Virus record (IMG/VR): IMGVR_UViG_3300012662_000013
Location: 43,405 to 107,404 of that record
Origin: a virus
Taxonomy: Duplodnaviria; Heunggongvirae; Uroviricota; Caudoviricetes
Length of the DNA: 64,000 nt
Reading direction: 5' to 3' (one strand)
A program made the translations under genes and the position numbers. Each line of letters begins with the position of its first letter. Position 1 is the stretch's first letter. The notes beneath the pieces were generated by a model. It saw only the letters and a list, made by a program, of their open reading frames with translations, ran no database searches and was not told the origin of the DNA. Of the stretch, positions 35,550 to 45,174 are shown one piece after another.

Positions 35550-38192
35550 TTAAAAAGCGCTATCTTCAGCAATTCTAATTTTTACATTTTCCATATCTAC
35601 TAATTCATAACTCCAATCAGTGCAAAAGATTGGAATAATACGACAGCAACCTAAATCAGCCTTACACCATAGATAAATTCCTTTATATTTACCTCGACGA
35701 TTTTTATATACTGATAATTTTATTGTTGGACGTTCAAAAGTATTTGTTTCAAGTATTTTCTCTAACGATTGATAATCATTATCACGAGCTTGAAGAAGTA
35801 GCATACCTACGTCAATTTTATCTGCAATGGCTTTTGAACCACGCAGAACATTTTGGTCTGGCGTTTCACTATATTGATAATCAGCATTTAACTAAGTAGC
35901 AGACATAATAAAAATACCATATTGATTACAAATATCTTTTAATCTAGTAGAAAGCATAAAAAGGATATTATCTTCTCTTAATTTTACGCCGCCGCTTCGT
36001 TTACTAATTTCTTCAAGAATTTTCATACTTGTATGAATATAATCGTGAAATATGTATTTAACCCCGTGGTCTCGAATATTTTTCTTAATAACATTTTCTA
36101 CATCCCGTAAAGAAAAATCTGGCATTTCTACAACAAATAAATCTGCTTTACAAAGATATTGTGCTGCTTCCCTTACTCGCGACAATTCATCCCCAACATA
36201 TTTACCATTCAAAATATGGTCTTCATTTACGTTAGATAGGAAAGCCAACATCATAGTTTGGATTTCATCTTTAGTCTGTTCAGTAGAAATAAATAAAACA
36301 GGTTCTCCGCCCCCACCGGACTTAATCCATCCAATTCCTTCTTGGTAATATTTTTCACAAGAAAGATAACAAGCATCAGCAATCATACTACGAGACTTCA
36401 GTTTTGTTATCCTATGGGCTTTTTATCCCATAGTTCTTATGGTTTCCCATAAGCTCAGCATATCTTTTCATCTTCACCTTTAAGTGTTAAGAGTAGGGGC
36501 CTCGTGGATGGATTATATCTTTTCACCATCTATGCGTTGTGGCTGGTTATAGTTCCTATAACCTTCACCTCTGATTACCTTGCTTAATAAATTAAGTTTA
36601 GGCTTCCAGATTTTTTCCCCTATAATTATCCTTAAAATTTCTTTTAAGGACGGCAATTTTTTAAAACAATATATTTTTCATATTTTCTATCTAAATATAT
36701 AGAAGCATTTAAATATAACTAATCTAAATAATCAAATACATAATTTCCACTCCACTCAATAGCATAAGCATTAGAAGGATGCTAAATTTTACATTGGCGC
36801 CATTGAGTTCTTTGTAGTAATTCTTCAATAAATTCTTTAGTGCTTAATAATGATAGTCTTGGCTTATTATAAATCCCTTTATGATTTTTTCCAATCATAA
36901 TACTACCATCACCATCAATATACCCTCTTATAAAATCAAATAAAAATTTATCTGAGACTTGTTCTTTAGTAGGAAATATTAATGTCAATGATTTTTTAGG
37001 AGTACAACCTAAGTTAATTAAACTTTGTCTTAGATGTTTATTACTTACCTAAATTCTACATCTAATATCATCCTAAAAAATATGTTTGTCTTTAGAAAAT
37101 CCTAAGTTATCTCGAAATTTTTCTAAATGCTTAATATCAGAAGATTTTAAACTTAATTCTACAGTATTATTATTACTGCTAATAGCTCCATCAGCATATA
37201 AAAATCCTAGCCAATAAGCTTTATCTGGATTATCGATTACGTCAAAATAATTTTCATTGAATTTAGTTATATTTTGTTTATTAATAATTTCAATACCTTC
37301 GGCTTTAAAATTATTACTTAATGTTCCTCTATCCAAATGTAATTCTTTACTAATCTAAGCAAGACTTTTACCTTCTTCAAGATACATTCTTTTTGCTTCT
37401 TTATATTTTTCTTTATATATATTAGATTGTCCCATATCATTTAAGGACCTCCTTTTTAATATATATAAATTTTTAATTATATGAATTCAACAGAATTGTC
37501 CGTAAATTACCTACACCAGTTGCCGCAGACCGCAAATAAAATTTATTCAATCTTGCTCCACGAGTAACTGTATTAATCAATGGACCAAATAAAGGAGCAC
37601 CAACTTCAGGATGTTCCAAAAGGTCATCAATTAATTCATCAATATTATTGCCAGCTTGGTATGCATCATTTTCCATTTCTGCTACATATTGATATTTAAT
37701 TTCTTCAATTTTATCATCAATACGTTGAGCAATTTTTTCTAATGAAGCATTATCTAACCATTCTTCTTGGAGTTGACGTTTTTTAGTATCTAAAATATTA
37801 TCAGGGTCATAAATATCGCTTACATCAAAACCATACCTATCATACGCTCGAAGTAATGACATCTTTTTTAGACGTCCATAATAATAATCAAAAGTAGTAT
37901 TATCACTATGAAGGCTAGCTTCTTTAATCCATTTGTCACCTTTTTGTGCAACATAGATAGCTTGATATTTTGGTCGAGTGCTTAAAAAATCTCCAATTGC
38001 ATCTAATGTAATGCTTTCGGCGCCAAGTTCATGTAGTTTATATATTGAACCATATACTATTTTATGAAAATCATTATCAAAATCATCTTCAGTAATAACA
38101 TATTTATCAGTATAATCCAATAGCTTAGGATTATTATATACGCAACCGATTGTCTAGATAATGGCTGTTGTATCAATATATTTTGATGCCAT
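35550..38192 (-). CDS. dnaB: Replicative DnaB-family helicase split by a group I intron after the Walker A glycine run
   Basis: N-terminal domain plus ..FYLRSAATGVG (ORF 37473..38120, real start ATG 38192 with RBS gataaggagg). Exon 2 is ORF 35892..36386 (..VLFISTEQTKDEIQ..), then TAG, then ORF 35550..35804 (SAT[Q]LNA..). Confidence 0.7.
36497..36540 (-). repeat. 43-nt near-identical block (caacgcatagatggtgaaaagatataatccatccacgaggc) shared between the dnaB intron and the late-gene intron at 14418-14460 (inverted)
   Basis: Direct comparison of the two strands; adjacent gatgaaaagatatgctga and ataggataaca blocks are also shared. Confidence 0.65.
36644..37440 (-). CDS. LAGLIDADG homing endonuclease (two motifs: AYWLGFLYADGAIS, RGYIDGDGSI), 5 in-frame TAG; N-terminal mini-ORF in the -1 frame
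   Basis: ORFs 37073..37336 and 36782..36988 are same-frame pieces. The body frame has ATG 37387 (weak RBS). An upstream ORF (ATG 37440, strong RBS aaaggagg) ends at TAA 37318-37320 in the +1 register. Confidence 0.5.
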
Positions 38193-38727
38193 TAGTCCTC
38201 CTTATCATCCAAGAAAGAAAACAGATGTTTTTTATAAGGCTTAGGTTTAGGGCGTGGTATCACAATTTCTGTTTCTTTTGGAACATAATTTTCAACTGTT
38301 TTATTTGTATTTTTTTGTTGAGCTAACCAAATAGCATAGTAATAGTTAAATGCTTGCTTATAGACCCAGGGTACTATACCAATACCATCATTTGATTTCT
38401 CTACTGGATTTTGTTTTACTTCATAAAAATAAACTAAAGATTTTAAAATTCCACTATAAGTAAAATTATATTCTTTAATATAATTTTTAATTTGTTTTTG
38501 AATACGAGGGTCTACATAATCAGTATGAAATAATTGATTAATATACTAATCTAATTTCATTTTATCTAAATCCTCTTTACTCATAACTTCTTCTTTGCGT
38601 TCAGCACACTCTGGATGGGCATAACGCTTGGAACTTACTTGAACAAAAGGCTACTTATCTCTATCAAAAGTTTTTCCACAATATAAACATTTTACGTTAT
38701 GTGCTATTGGTTCTCACCACCAAACAT
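38192..38727 (-). CDS. C4 zinc-finger protein upstream of dnaB (possible helicase loader); body lacks ATG and needs a -1 shift from an 11-codon leader ORF at TAA
   Basis: ATG 38727 then MFGGENQ[TAG]HIT*. -1 frame body ..VKCLYCGKTF..HPECAERKEE.. (176 codons, 3 TAG) ends TAA 38192-38194, overlapping the dnaB ATG. Confidence 0.35.
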
Positions 38728-38757
38728 TATAATTTCTATATATATTATATCAAAAAA

Positions 38758-38792
38758 TAGATAAAAAATCAACCCAGAGTTTCCTCTGGGTT
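38758..38792 (-). terminator. Rho-independent terminator (aacccagag/ctctgggtt)
   Basis: Stem-loop followed by a T-run on the minus strand after the sak4-like gene. Confidence 0.6.
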
Positions 38793-38797
38793 AATAA

Positions 38798-39781
38798 TTA
38801 TTTATTTACAAGTTCGTCCTTAATATCATCAATAATAAGGCTTACAAATTCTGCTTGGTCAATAGAAGTTTCAGAAATCTTCTTTCCCTTACCAAGATAT
38901 TTTTCAACAATCTTAGTAACACGAGGAGCATAATACTCAGAATTCTTTGCCATAAGTTCACTAGCAATTTGCTGGAATTCATTCATAAGAGCTTCATAAT
39001 CATAAGTAGGCGCTTCAGGAGCTACAGTCATTTTTTCTTCAGTTACGAACTGACCCTTTGTTTCAAGAGCTTCTTTGTCAATAGCCTTATGAATAGCATC
39101 AACAAGATTTTCATAACTCATAGGAATTTCAGGCTCAATATACTTAAAACGACCACCGCAATCAATTGCATCAGTACCAGAGCGAAGAGTTAATACAGAC
39201 ATCTGACCCGGTGCCTTCTGATGAGCATAACCATAAATATCGGCCATGCCAGTAATAACTGTTCGAGTAGACTGAGACAAGCTAGGTCTAATAATATTTG
39301 CTTCAGTCCCATCAGGGCGAGTAATTGTCTGTTCTTTTTCATGCCCAAGGAAGAAAACAGCATATCCAAGACGAGTTAAGCCACGGAATACTTCATTAAA
39401 TTCATCCTTAAACTTAATCCAGCCCTTACCATACCCAAGATCACCAAGGGATTCAATACCATTCTGATTACAAATATATTTTTCGCAATATTTTGCAGCT
39501 TCATCAATAGTATCGACAATAATTGCATCATATGCTTCTTTTACTTCTGGACGCTTAAGGTCACGATAAACCTACTTCATTTCAGTCCAAGAAGTAATAT
39601 CTGCCGCCATAACGCCAGGCAAACAGTTATAGCCTTGCTCAAATGCTAACAAAAGAGATTTTGGCATCTAAGTAGCTAATGTAGTTTTACCAGTCTTAGG
39701 CTTACCATAAATAAAGGTAATATATCCGCCTAAATCCTTACTAACCTTATGAGGCTAAATTTTTAAAAGGTCAATAGCCAT
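38798..39781 (-). CDS. AAA_24/Sak4-like RecA-fold ATPase (~328 aa), 3 in-frame TAG
   Basis: ITFIYGKPKTGKTTLAT Walker A, ..AIIVDTIDEA.. Walker B. ORF 38798..39280 is the C-terminal piece. RBS aaaggag. Confidence 0.55.
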
Positions 39782-39931
39782 TATTCAATTTTCTCCTTTT
39801 TCTCCAAATTAAATGGTTTACAGTATTTATTTATAAATTTTTCTATTTCTTTATAATCTATTAAATCATCATATATTATATTTAGTTTAGCTCGATGCCC
39901 TCTAATGAGGTCATCATTATTTGGCTATTTA

Positions 39932-40879
39932 TTAGAAGTTAAATCCTGCATTTCCATTAGAAGTTGTAGCGGTCTTAGTTCCACCATTATTCTTAGTAGC
40001 AAGATATTCGTCTCTACGCTGCTTAATAGTAGCAAGATAAGTTTCACGGTCAGCAATTGCCTTAGCGAGTTCTTCAGAAGTATAAGTATCTTCCATATCA
40101 AATACAAAAGGCTCTTTCTGAGAACCGGTAATTACATAATCTTTATAAGTATTCTTAAATTCCTGAACTTCAGCATCGCCCCAAGAGCTTTCCTTAGTGA
40201 CCTTTTTTACAACAGTTCTGGAAACCTGTTTGCCCCAAACTTCAGTAAGAACAGGATTTTTTTCAGAAGCTTCAAGACCTTCAAAATAATTCATACCACC
40301 TTCGTTAAGAACAGTATAAGATACAGGAAGAAGAGCCTTGCGGAAGTCAAAAGCATAGCCACTGATAGTTACCTTTTCAGGAGTTTCTTTCTCAGGGTCA
40401 GCTTCAGTACGACGAACCTTAGTAATAAGCATTGTAGTCTTAAACTTGCAACGTTCGATTTCCTTCTCATTAAATGGTTCATTCACCATAATATGAACAA
40501 ATCCGCCTTCATTACGCTTAATACTTACAAGTTCTTCCTTACCATCACGTTCAGCATAAAACTCATTAAGACCAACAGTAGAATCAACACGAATACGAGT
40601 TGCATTTTCAACTCCATCGCCCATTACTGTATTATATTCACCATCAATAATCTTACGAAGAGTAGTAAATGTAGCATTAGTCTTACCCTTAGATGTAGTT
40701 TCAGTTACATAAGTAAAATGAACCTACAGAACATTTGTCAAAGCATTATCAGTGACAATACTAATAGTGCCGCTAATAAAAGGAGTACCAGGATTCTTTG
40801 AATTAGGACCGCTTTCCTTCATTTCCAGATTATGCTCATATAGATAACCTTCAATATGTGTTTCATTAACAAATTTCAT
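39932..40879 (-). CDS. Putative ssDNA-binding/recombination mediator protein (~316 aa; acidic C-terminal end ..NGNAGFNF)
   Basis: ORF 39932..40624 extended upstream through TAG to ATG 40879 (RBS aaggag). Sits next to the Sak4-like gene. GC is elevated to ~40%. Confidence 0.35.
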
Positions 40880-40898
40880 TTAATATTTTTCTCCTTAA

Positions 40899-41261
40899 TT
40901 ATTCTTCAATTGTAATTTCTTTTCCTTTATTAGTAATAGCATAAACAACTGGATTATCATTCAATTTTTCTACAAATCCATCATTTACCAGTTTTCGCAT
41001 TCCGCCAGAAACACTACGAGAACTAATACCAAGTTCATCAGCCACTTCACGTGCTTTCCATGTCTCTTTTTCTGGATGCTCTTGAAGACAAATCAAAAGA
41101 CGTTTTCCATTCTCAGTAAATAAAGGATTTTCAATTTCATTATCATTACTATTTTTAAGGTAATTCCAATAGAATTCAACATCTTCATTCATTTCTACTG
41201 GATATTTACAATTTTCAATCAAGTCATTTACAAAATTAATAAATGCTTGTTTTCTATTCAT
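40899..41261 (-). CDS. Winged-helix DNA-binding regulator
   Basis: ..AREVADELGISSRSVSGGMRKLVNDGFVEK.. helix-turn-helix. Confidence 0.45.
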   Translation of the reverse strand: MNRKQAFINFVNDLIENCKYPVEMNEDVEFYWNYLKNSNDNEIENPLFTENGKRLLICLQEHPEKETWKAREVADELGISSRSVSGGMRKLVNDGFVEKLNDNPVVYAITNKGKEITIEE

Positions 41262-41331
41262 TTATATTAATCTCACTTTCTACTCTTTTATATAAATATT
41301 ATATCATATTTTATATAAATTTTCAAAGTAA

Positions 41332-41979
41332 TTAATTAATCAATAACTCTTGTGCGTAAGGCAAGGTTTCAATCCAAGAGCAGAAGGCTTTCCATTCGGG
41401 AAGCCTGTGATTTTTTCGCTGCTTATAAATATTCCTTAAACAACGATAATTAGTTGTCATACGAGCTGTTAAAGTAAATCCAGCAGGATTAGAATAAAGA
41501 ATTTCAAGATACATTCTCTTAATCCAATCTTCTTGCTGCTTAATTAATTCAGCACTGGCATTTTCTTTAACCATATTTTTTTTAAGCTCAACTTGAGTAT
41601 TATAAGCATCAACTTTTTCTTTCATAATCTTGACGATTCTATCATCAACATATTCATTATAAGCTTCATCTAAGTTAAACTTAGTAATTCTATGCATTGT
41701 AGATTGAGAACTTACAAACTCTAAAAATCTATAACGTTCTGCTTCAACCCACATTTTATTAGAACAAGTTAAATCAAAATTAACTCGAATACCTGTTAAG
41801 AATTGTCCATGCGCCTAATTATCTTTTACGCAAGCATTAATAAGAGTATTACAACGCTTAAAATCATTTTCATCTAAATCTCTATCCTACTGATTTTCAA
41901 TATCTACTGACATTGGATAGCCCGCGGCAATAATTGATTTGCCTAAATCATAAATACATACATTACTTACAATATCCAT
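41332..41979 (-). CDS. thyX: ThyX-like flavin-dependent thymidylate synthase (216 aa), 2 in-frame TAG
   Basis: R-Y-R-x7-S (RYRFLEFVSSQS) at the position of the ThyX RHRx7S motif. C-terminus ..YKQRKNHRLPEWKAF.. RBS ggaggatg. Confidence 0.45.
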
Positions 41980-42260
41980 TAATTTTCATCCTCCGATAAA
42001 GAATAACCAATTACATTTCCAAGACATTTAACAAGCAATTCAATTTCATCAATTAAAAACTTTTGACTATAGCCGCGTCCTTTATAGCAGTTAACATAAT
42101 CAGCATAAGACATAAAACTTAAATCCTTAAACCCATAATATAGAGCCTTTTCCTACATCATTGCAGGATTGGAGCATACAATAGTTGCTCCTGTATCTTT
42201 AGCAATCAGGAATAATCTTCCTGTTTTACCAGTGCCACGTTTATCAATAATTCTATACAT
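41979..42260 (-). CDS. Small P-loop protein (MYRIIDKRGTGKTGRL), one TAG
   Basis: RBS ggagaaa, ATG 42260; the TAA overlaps the thyX ATG. Confidence 0.35.
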
Positions 42261-42271
42261 TTTATTTCTCC

Positions 42272-44523
42272 TTATTTAATACTATAACCAAATTCTTTTG
42301 CTTGATAGAACTCTTGCCAATAATCTTCTCGGCTATCCAATAGGGATTTATCACAATCTTCAAGAATTTCAAAAGTAAATTGTTCCGGCCCTAATTCATA
42401 CATTGCCGGATAAAGTTTATTGCGGGTTGGAGCTTCTGCTCCTACTCCACGCTTTATATGTTGTTTCCAGCGGTCAGCGATATTGCAAATTATTTTATAA
42501 TTCTGACTATCTTTTACTGTTAAAATTTTAACAGGAAACCATTTCGGCATTTAAAGGACTTCATTTCTTAAAATCCTACTACGTATCAATAGTAGCCCTA
42601 CTTCCCCGCCCAAAAGGCCTAGGGAATAGTCGATACAGGTTCTTTGATTAGCGTGCTGGATAATCATAATCTTTTATAGAATATGACTTTCCTTTATTAA
42701 TTTTACTAACTGTATTTCGATGTATATTATATTTAATACCAATATCAGACATTGATTTAGAACTATTTCTTAAATCTGATAAAATATTTTTTACTTCTTC
42801 AATAGTAAAATTTTGATTATTTCTAATATTTTTATTTCTAATAGGATAACTATAATTGCCATTTTCTTTGAATAAAGTCCCTTGATTAATTGCTCTAATT
42901 ACTTTTAAAGGAACTTTATACTTTTGAATTAAATCTGTTTCAATCTATAAATCCCAACGATATAATAAATCTTCTTTCAAATTTAATAATTCCTACTCAT
43001 TAAGAAAATAATCTAAAACATTATCTTTTTTCGCAAAATCATGATTATTTTGCCTTAATGGGTATGAAAGATTGGAATTAAAATACGTATTTCCTTGAGA
43101 TATATTAAAAATAGTGTCTTGACTAACTTGATATAAATTAGCAATATCTTTATAAGATAATTTAGTATTATTTACTAATAAATCTATAATTTCATTTAAT
43201 TGCTATTCATCAAATTTAGAATTACAATTCTCTACTCCTCGTTTACCAGAAACATTCCCATTTTTTAATACATTATATCCTATAGATTTATCTGTAGCAT
43301 TATAAAAATCAATCCATTTAGTTTCTATGGCATCAAGCTATAAAATATCAAAAACCTATTCCAATACTTCAATTGTAGCTTGATGTTTTTTTAAAGCCTA
43401 ATCACAAATTTGAATATTTTTATTATTATGCTCATTGGCTCTAGACCAAATACTTAAAGCCTAACCGATATAGATTTTACCATTATCATAATTTATTTTA
43501 TAAATACCACAGACTTTTAAATTATTATTAATATTAGTAATCATTGTTGTTTCCACCGTCCTTCTATATATTATTAATTTTTATGGAGGGTGGATTAATC
43601 AAAGTTTCCCACGGGATTGATTAAACTTAATTTTCCCCGTTAGCTTGCCATTTTCTAAATTTTGGTAAATGGCAAACCCCATTGATTAATGGAAAAGTTT
43701 TTCATCGGCCAATGTTGACCGCTTGACCTATATAACATTTTTGACTTTCTATATTAGTAATCTTATAAATACCTGTGCGGATTTTCTGACCAACTACTCG
43801 GCCGATTAAATCACTATAAGGTTTTTCATAATATACTTTCCAAATTACTTTATTAATTGGTTCAGCACTTCTTAAATAAGGAACAATTGAACGAATTTTT
43901 TTAATTTCTTCAATATCAATTTCACTTAAATTAAGTTTATAAAACTATTCTTTTTGTTTTACTTCTTCGGCACGTTTATTAGCTTCAACAATAGCATCTT
44001 GTTTTGCCTTTGCATCAGCCAATTCTTGAGATACCTTATTTAATTCTTCTTGCTTTTGGATAATTAAATTAGCATATTCTTTTGTGCTTTCTTCAATAGC
44101 TTTTAAATATTCTTGTTGATAATTATCTTCTGCCTATTGGTATTTCTAAGCCATCTATTCAGCAGACTAAGCAAGTTTTTCAGATGCTAATTCGTTTGCT
44201 TTTTGGCAATACATTTCAGCGTTTAAACTTGCTTGCTAATAATTTTCATCAAGAGTTTTCTTTTTATCTTTTAAAAAATCTATTTCTTTAATTAATAAAT
44301 TATAATCATTATTTAGATTAAAGATTTTTTCATTTAACTCATTTTGTTTTTGAAGAAGCCTTTGACTTTCTTCAATTATTTTTGCGTTTTCTTCTCTAGT
44401 TTGATTATCTAACTCAATTGTGGCTTTTAATTTATTACGCAGACCTAAATATAAAAGACCAGCACCGAGAAGAAAACATATTACGCAATAAATTACAGTC
44501 ATATTTAAAAAGAAAAAGGGCAA
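42272..44523 (-). CDS. Membrane-anchored coiled-coil protein whose C-terminal GIY-YIG nuclease domain is split by a group I intron
   Basis: Exon 1: ATG 44523 (ORF 44236..44523), transmembrane segment plus coiled coil read through 7 TAG to ..KIRTGIYKITNIESQKCYIGQAVNIGR then TGA 43702. Exon 2 lies within ORF 42272..42550: ..WKQHIKRGVGAEAPTRNKLYPAMYELGPEQFTFEILED..REDYWQEFYQAKEFGYS, the second half of a GIY-YIG domain. Confidence 0.5.
42480..43705 (-). mobile_element. Group I intron, homologous to the topoisomerase intron, inside a GIY-YIG nuclease gene and itself encoding a GIY-YIG homing endonuclease
   Basis: Shares tgaaaaacttttc, gctaacggggaa...cccgtgggaaac, aacctgtatcgactat...ctactattgatacgtag and gtaaaagatagtcag blocks with the intron at 49376-50428. 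Confidence 0.55.
42648..43544 (-). CDS. GIY-YIG homing endonuclease (~298 aa), 8 in-frame TAG
   Basis: MITNINNNLKVCGIYKINYDNGKIYIG[TAG]ALSIWSRANEH.., then repeated YPLRQNNH / YSYPIRNKN / YDYPAR motifs. Confidence 0.6.
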
Positions 44524-44525
44524 AT

Positions 44526-44560
44526 TACTTTGCCCTTTTAAATTTTATATTAAATTACTC
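44526..44560 (-). terminator. Hairpin terminator (aaagggcaa/ttgcccttt) with T-runs on both sides
   Basis: Lies between the GC-rich small gene and the start of the coiled-coil gene. Confidence 0.55.
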
Positions 44561-44575
44561 AGCGTCTTCTGCGTC

Positions 44576-44821
44576 AAGGTCAAGAGCAAGACCAGCATCA
44601 GTAAGAGAAAGGAATTTTACTGCACGATGGGTACCATCATCAAGTTCAACCTCAGCGGGGGTGCGAACACCAAAGCCCTTGCGCTGGATAGCAGAAGTGA
44701 AGATGCCATCAACAGTACGCTTCTCAAGACCGAGAGCCTCAGCAACATCAGCAGCGGTGACCTATTCACCATTAACACTCTTTAGATAACTAAAAACTTT
44801 CTTAGTATTTTCCTTCATCAT
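44576..44821 (-). CDS. Small helix-turn-helix / winged-helix DNA-binding protein in a ~50% GC island; one TAG
   Basis: MMKENTKKVFSYLKSVNGE[TAG]VTAADVAEALGLEKRTVDGIF.. The segment is ~20% higher in GC than its surroundings. RBS aaggag. Confidence 0.45.
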
Positions 44822-44923
44822 AATAAATAATAATCTCCTTAAATATTTTTTTATTTTTATTGTTTTTTTCTTTTTTCAAGCATTTAGCTTATGTAAATAT
44901 TCTACTAAAAAATTTTTTTAAAA

Positions 44924-45115
44924 TCAAGAATTTTTTAGAATATCCTAAATAAGTTCATCCATAAGCATAATATCTTCCAAACTATCTACATGGCCTGAAA
45001 GCTTCATAATTTCATCTTTAGCTTGCTGAACTTGCTTCGGGTCTTCATTACGCTGAACTATCTATTCTAGCTTAGCGATTTTATTAGCTAAATTTTTTAG
45101 CTCTTTTCTTTTCAT
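44924..45115 (-). CDS. Small coiled-coil protein (~63 aa), 2 TAG
   Basis: ATG 45115 .. TGA 44924. Confidence 0.3.
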
Positions 45116-45174
45116 ATAGAAAAATTTTTTCTTCCTTATTTACGAATCTATTATATTATTTTTTTTGAACTTTG

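Larger units (their letters stand above)
36390..37508 (-). mobile_element. Group I intron in dnaB carrying a double-motif LAGLIDADG homing endonuclease gene
   Basis: Exon-1 frame hits TAA 13 codons after GVG, so this is not an in-frame intein. The 3' part has the S-element-like gaaaagatataatccatcc block shared with the late-gene intron. Confidence 0.55.

Noticed and set aside
36390-37508. DnaB intein
   Set aside because: The exon-1 frame terminates (TAA) shortly after the Walker A glycines and the insert contains group I core sequence and separately initiated ORFs. It is not a continuous in-frame intein.
39905-40801. 298-aa + strand ORF
   Set aside because: Antisense to the minus-strand ssDNA-binding-like gene. 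Low-complexity Ser/Leu/Phe/Asn composition, no RBS, and it runs against the local gene orientation.
44418-44789. 123-aa + strand ORF rich in Ser/Arg/Ala
   Set aside because: Mirror-strand artefact of the GC-rich island. The minus-strand HTH gene with RBS and terminator explains the region.
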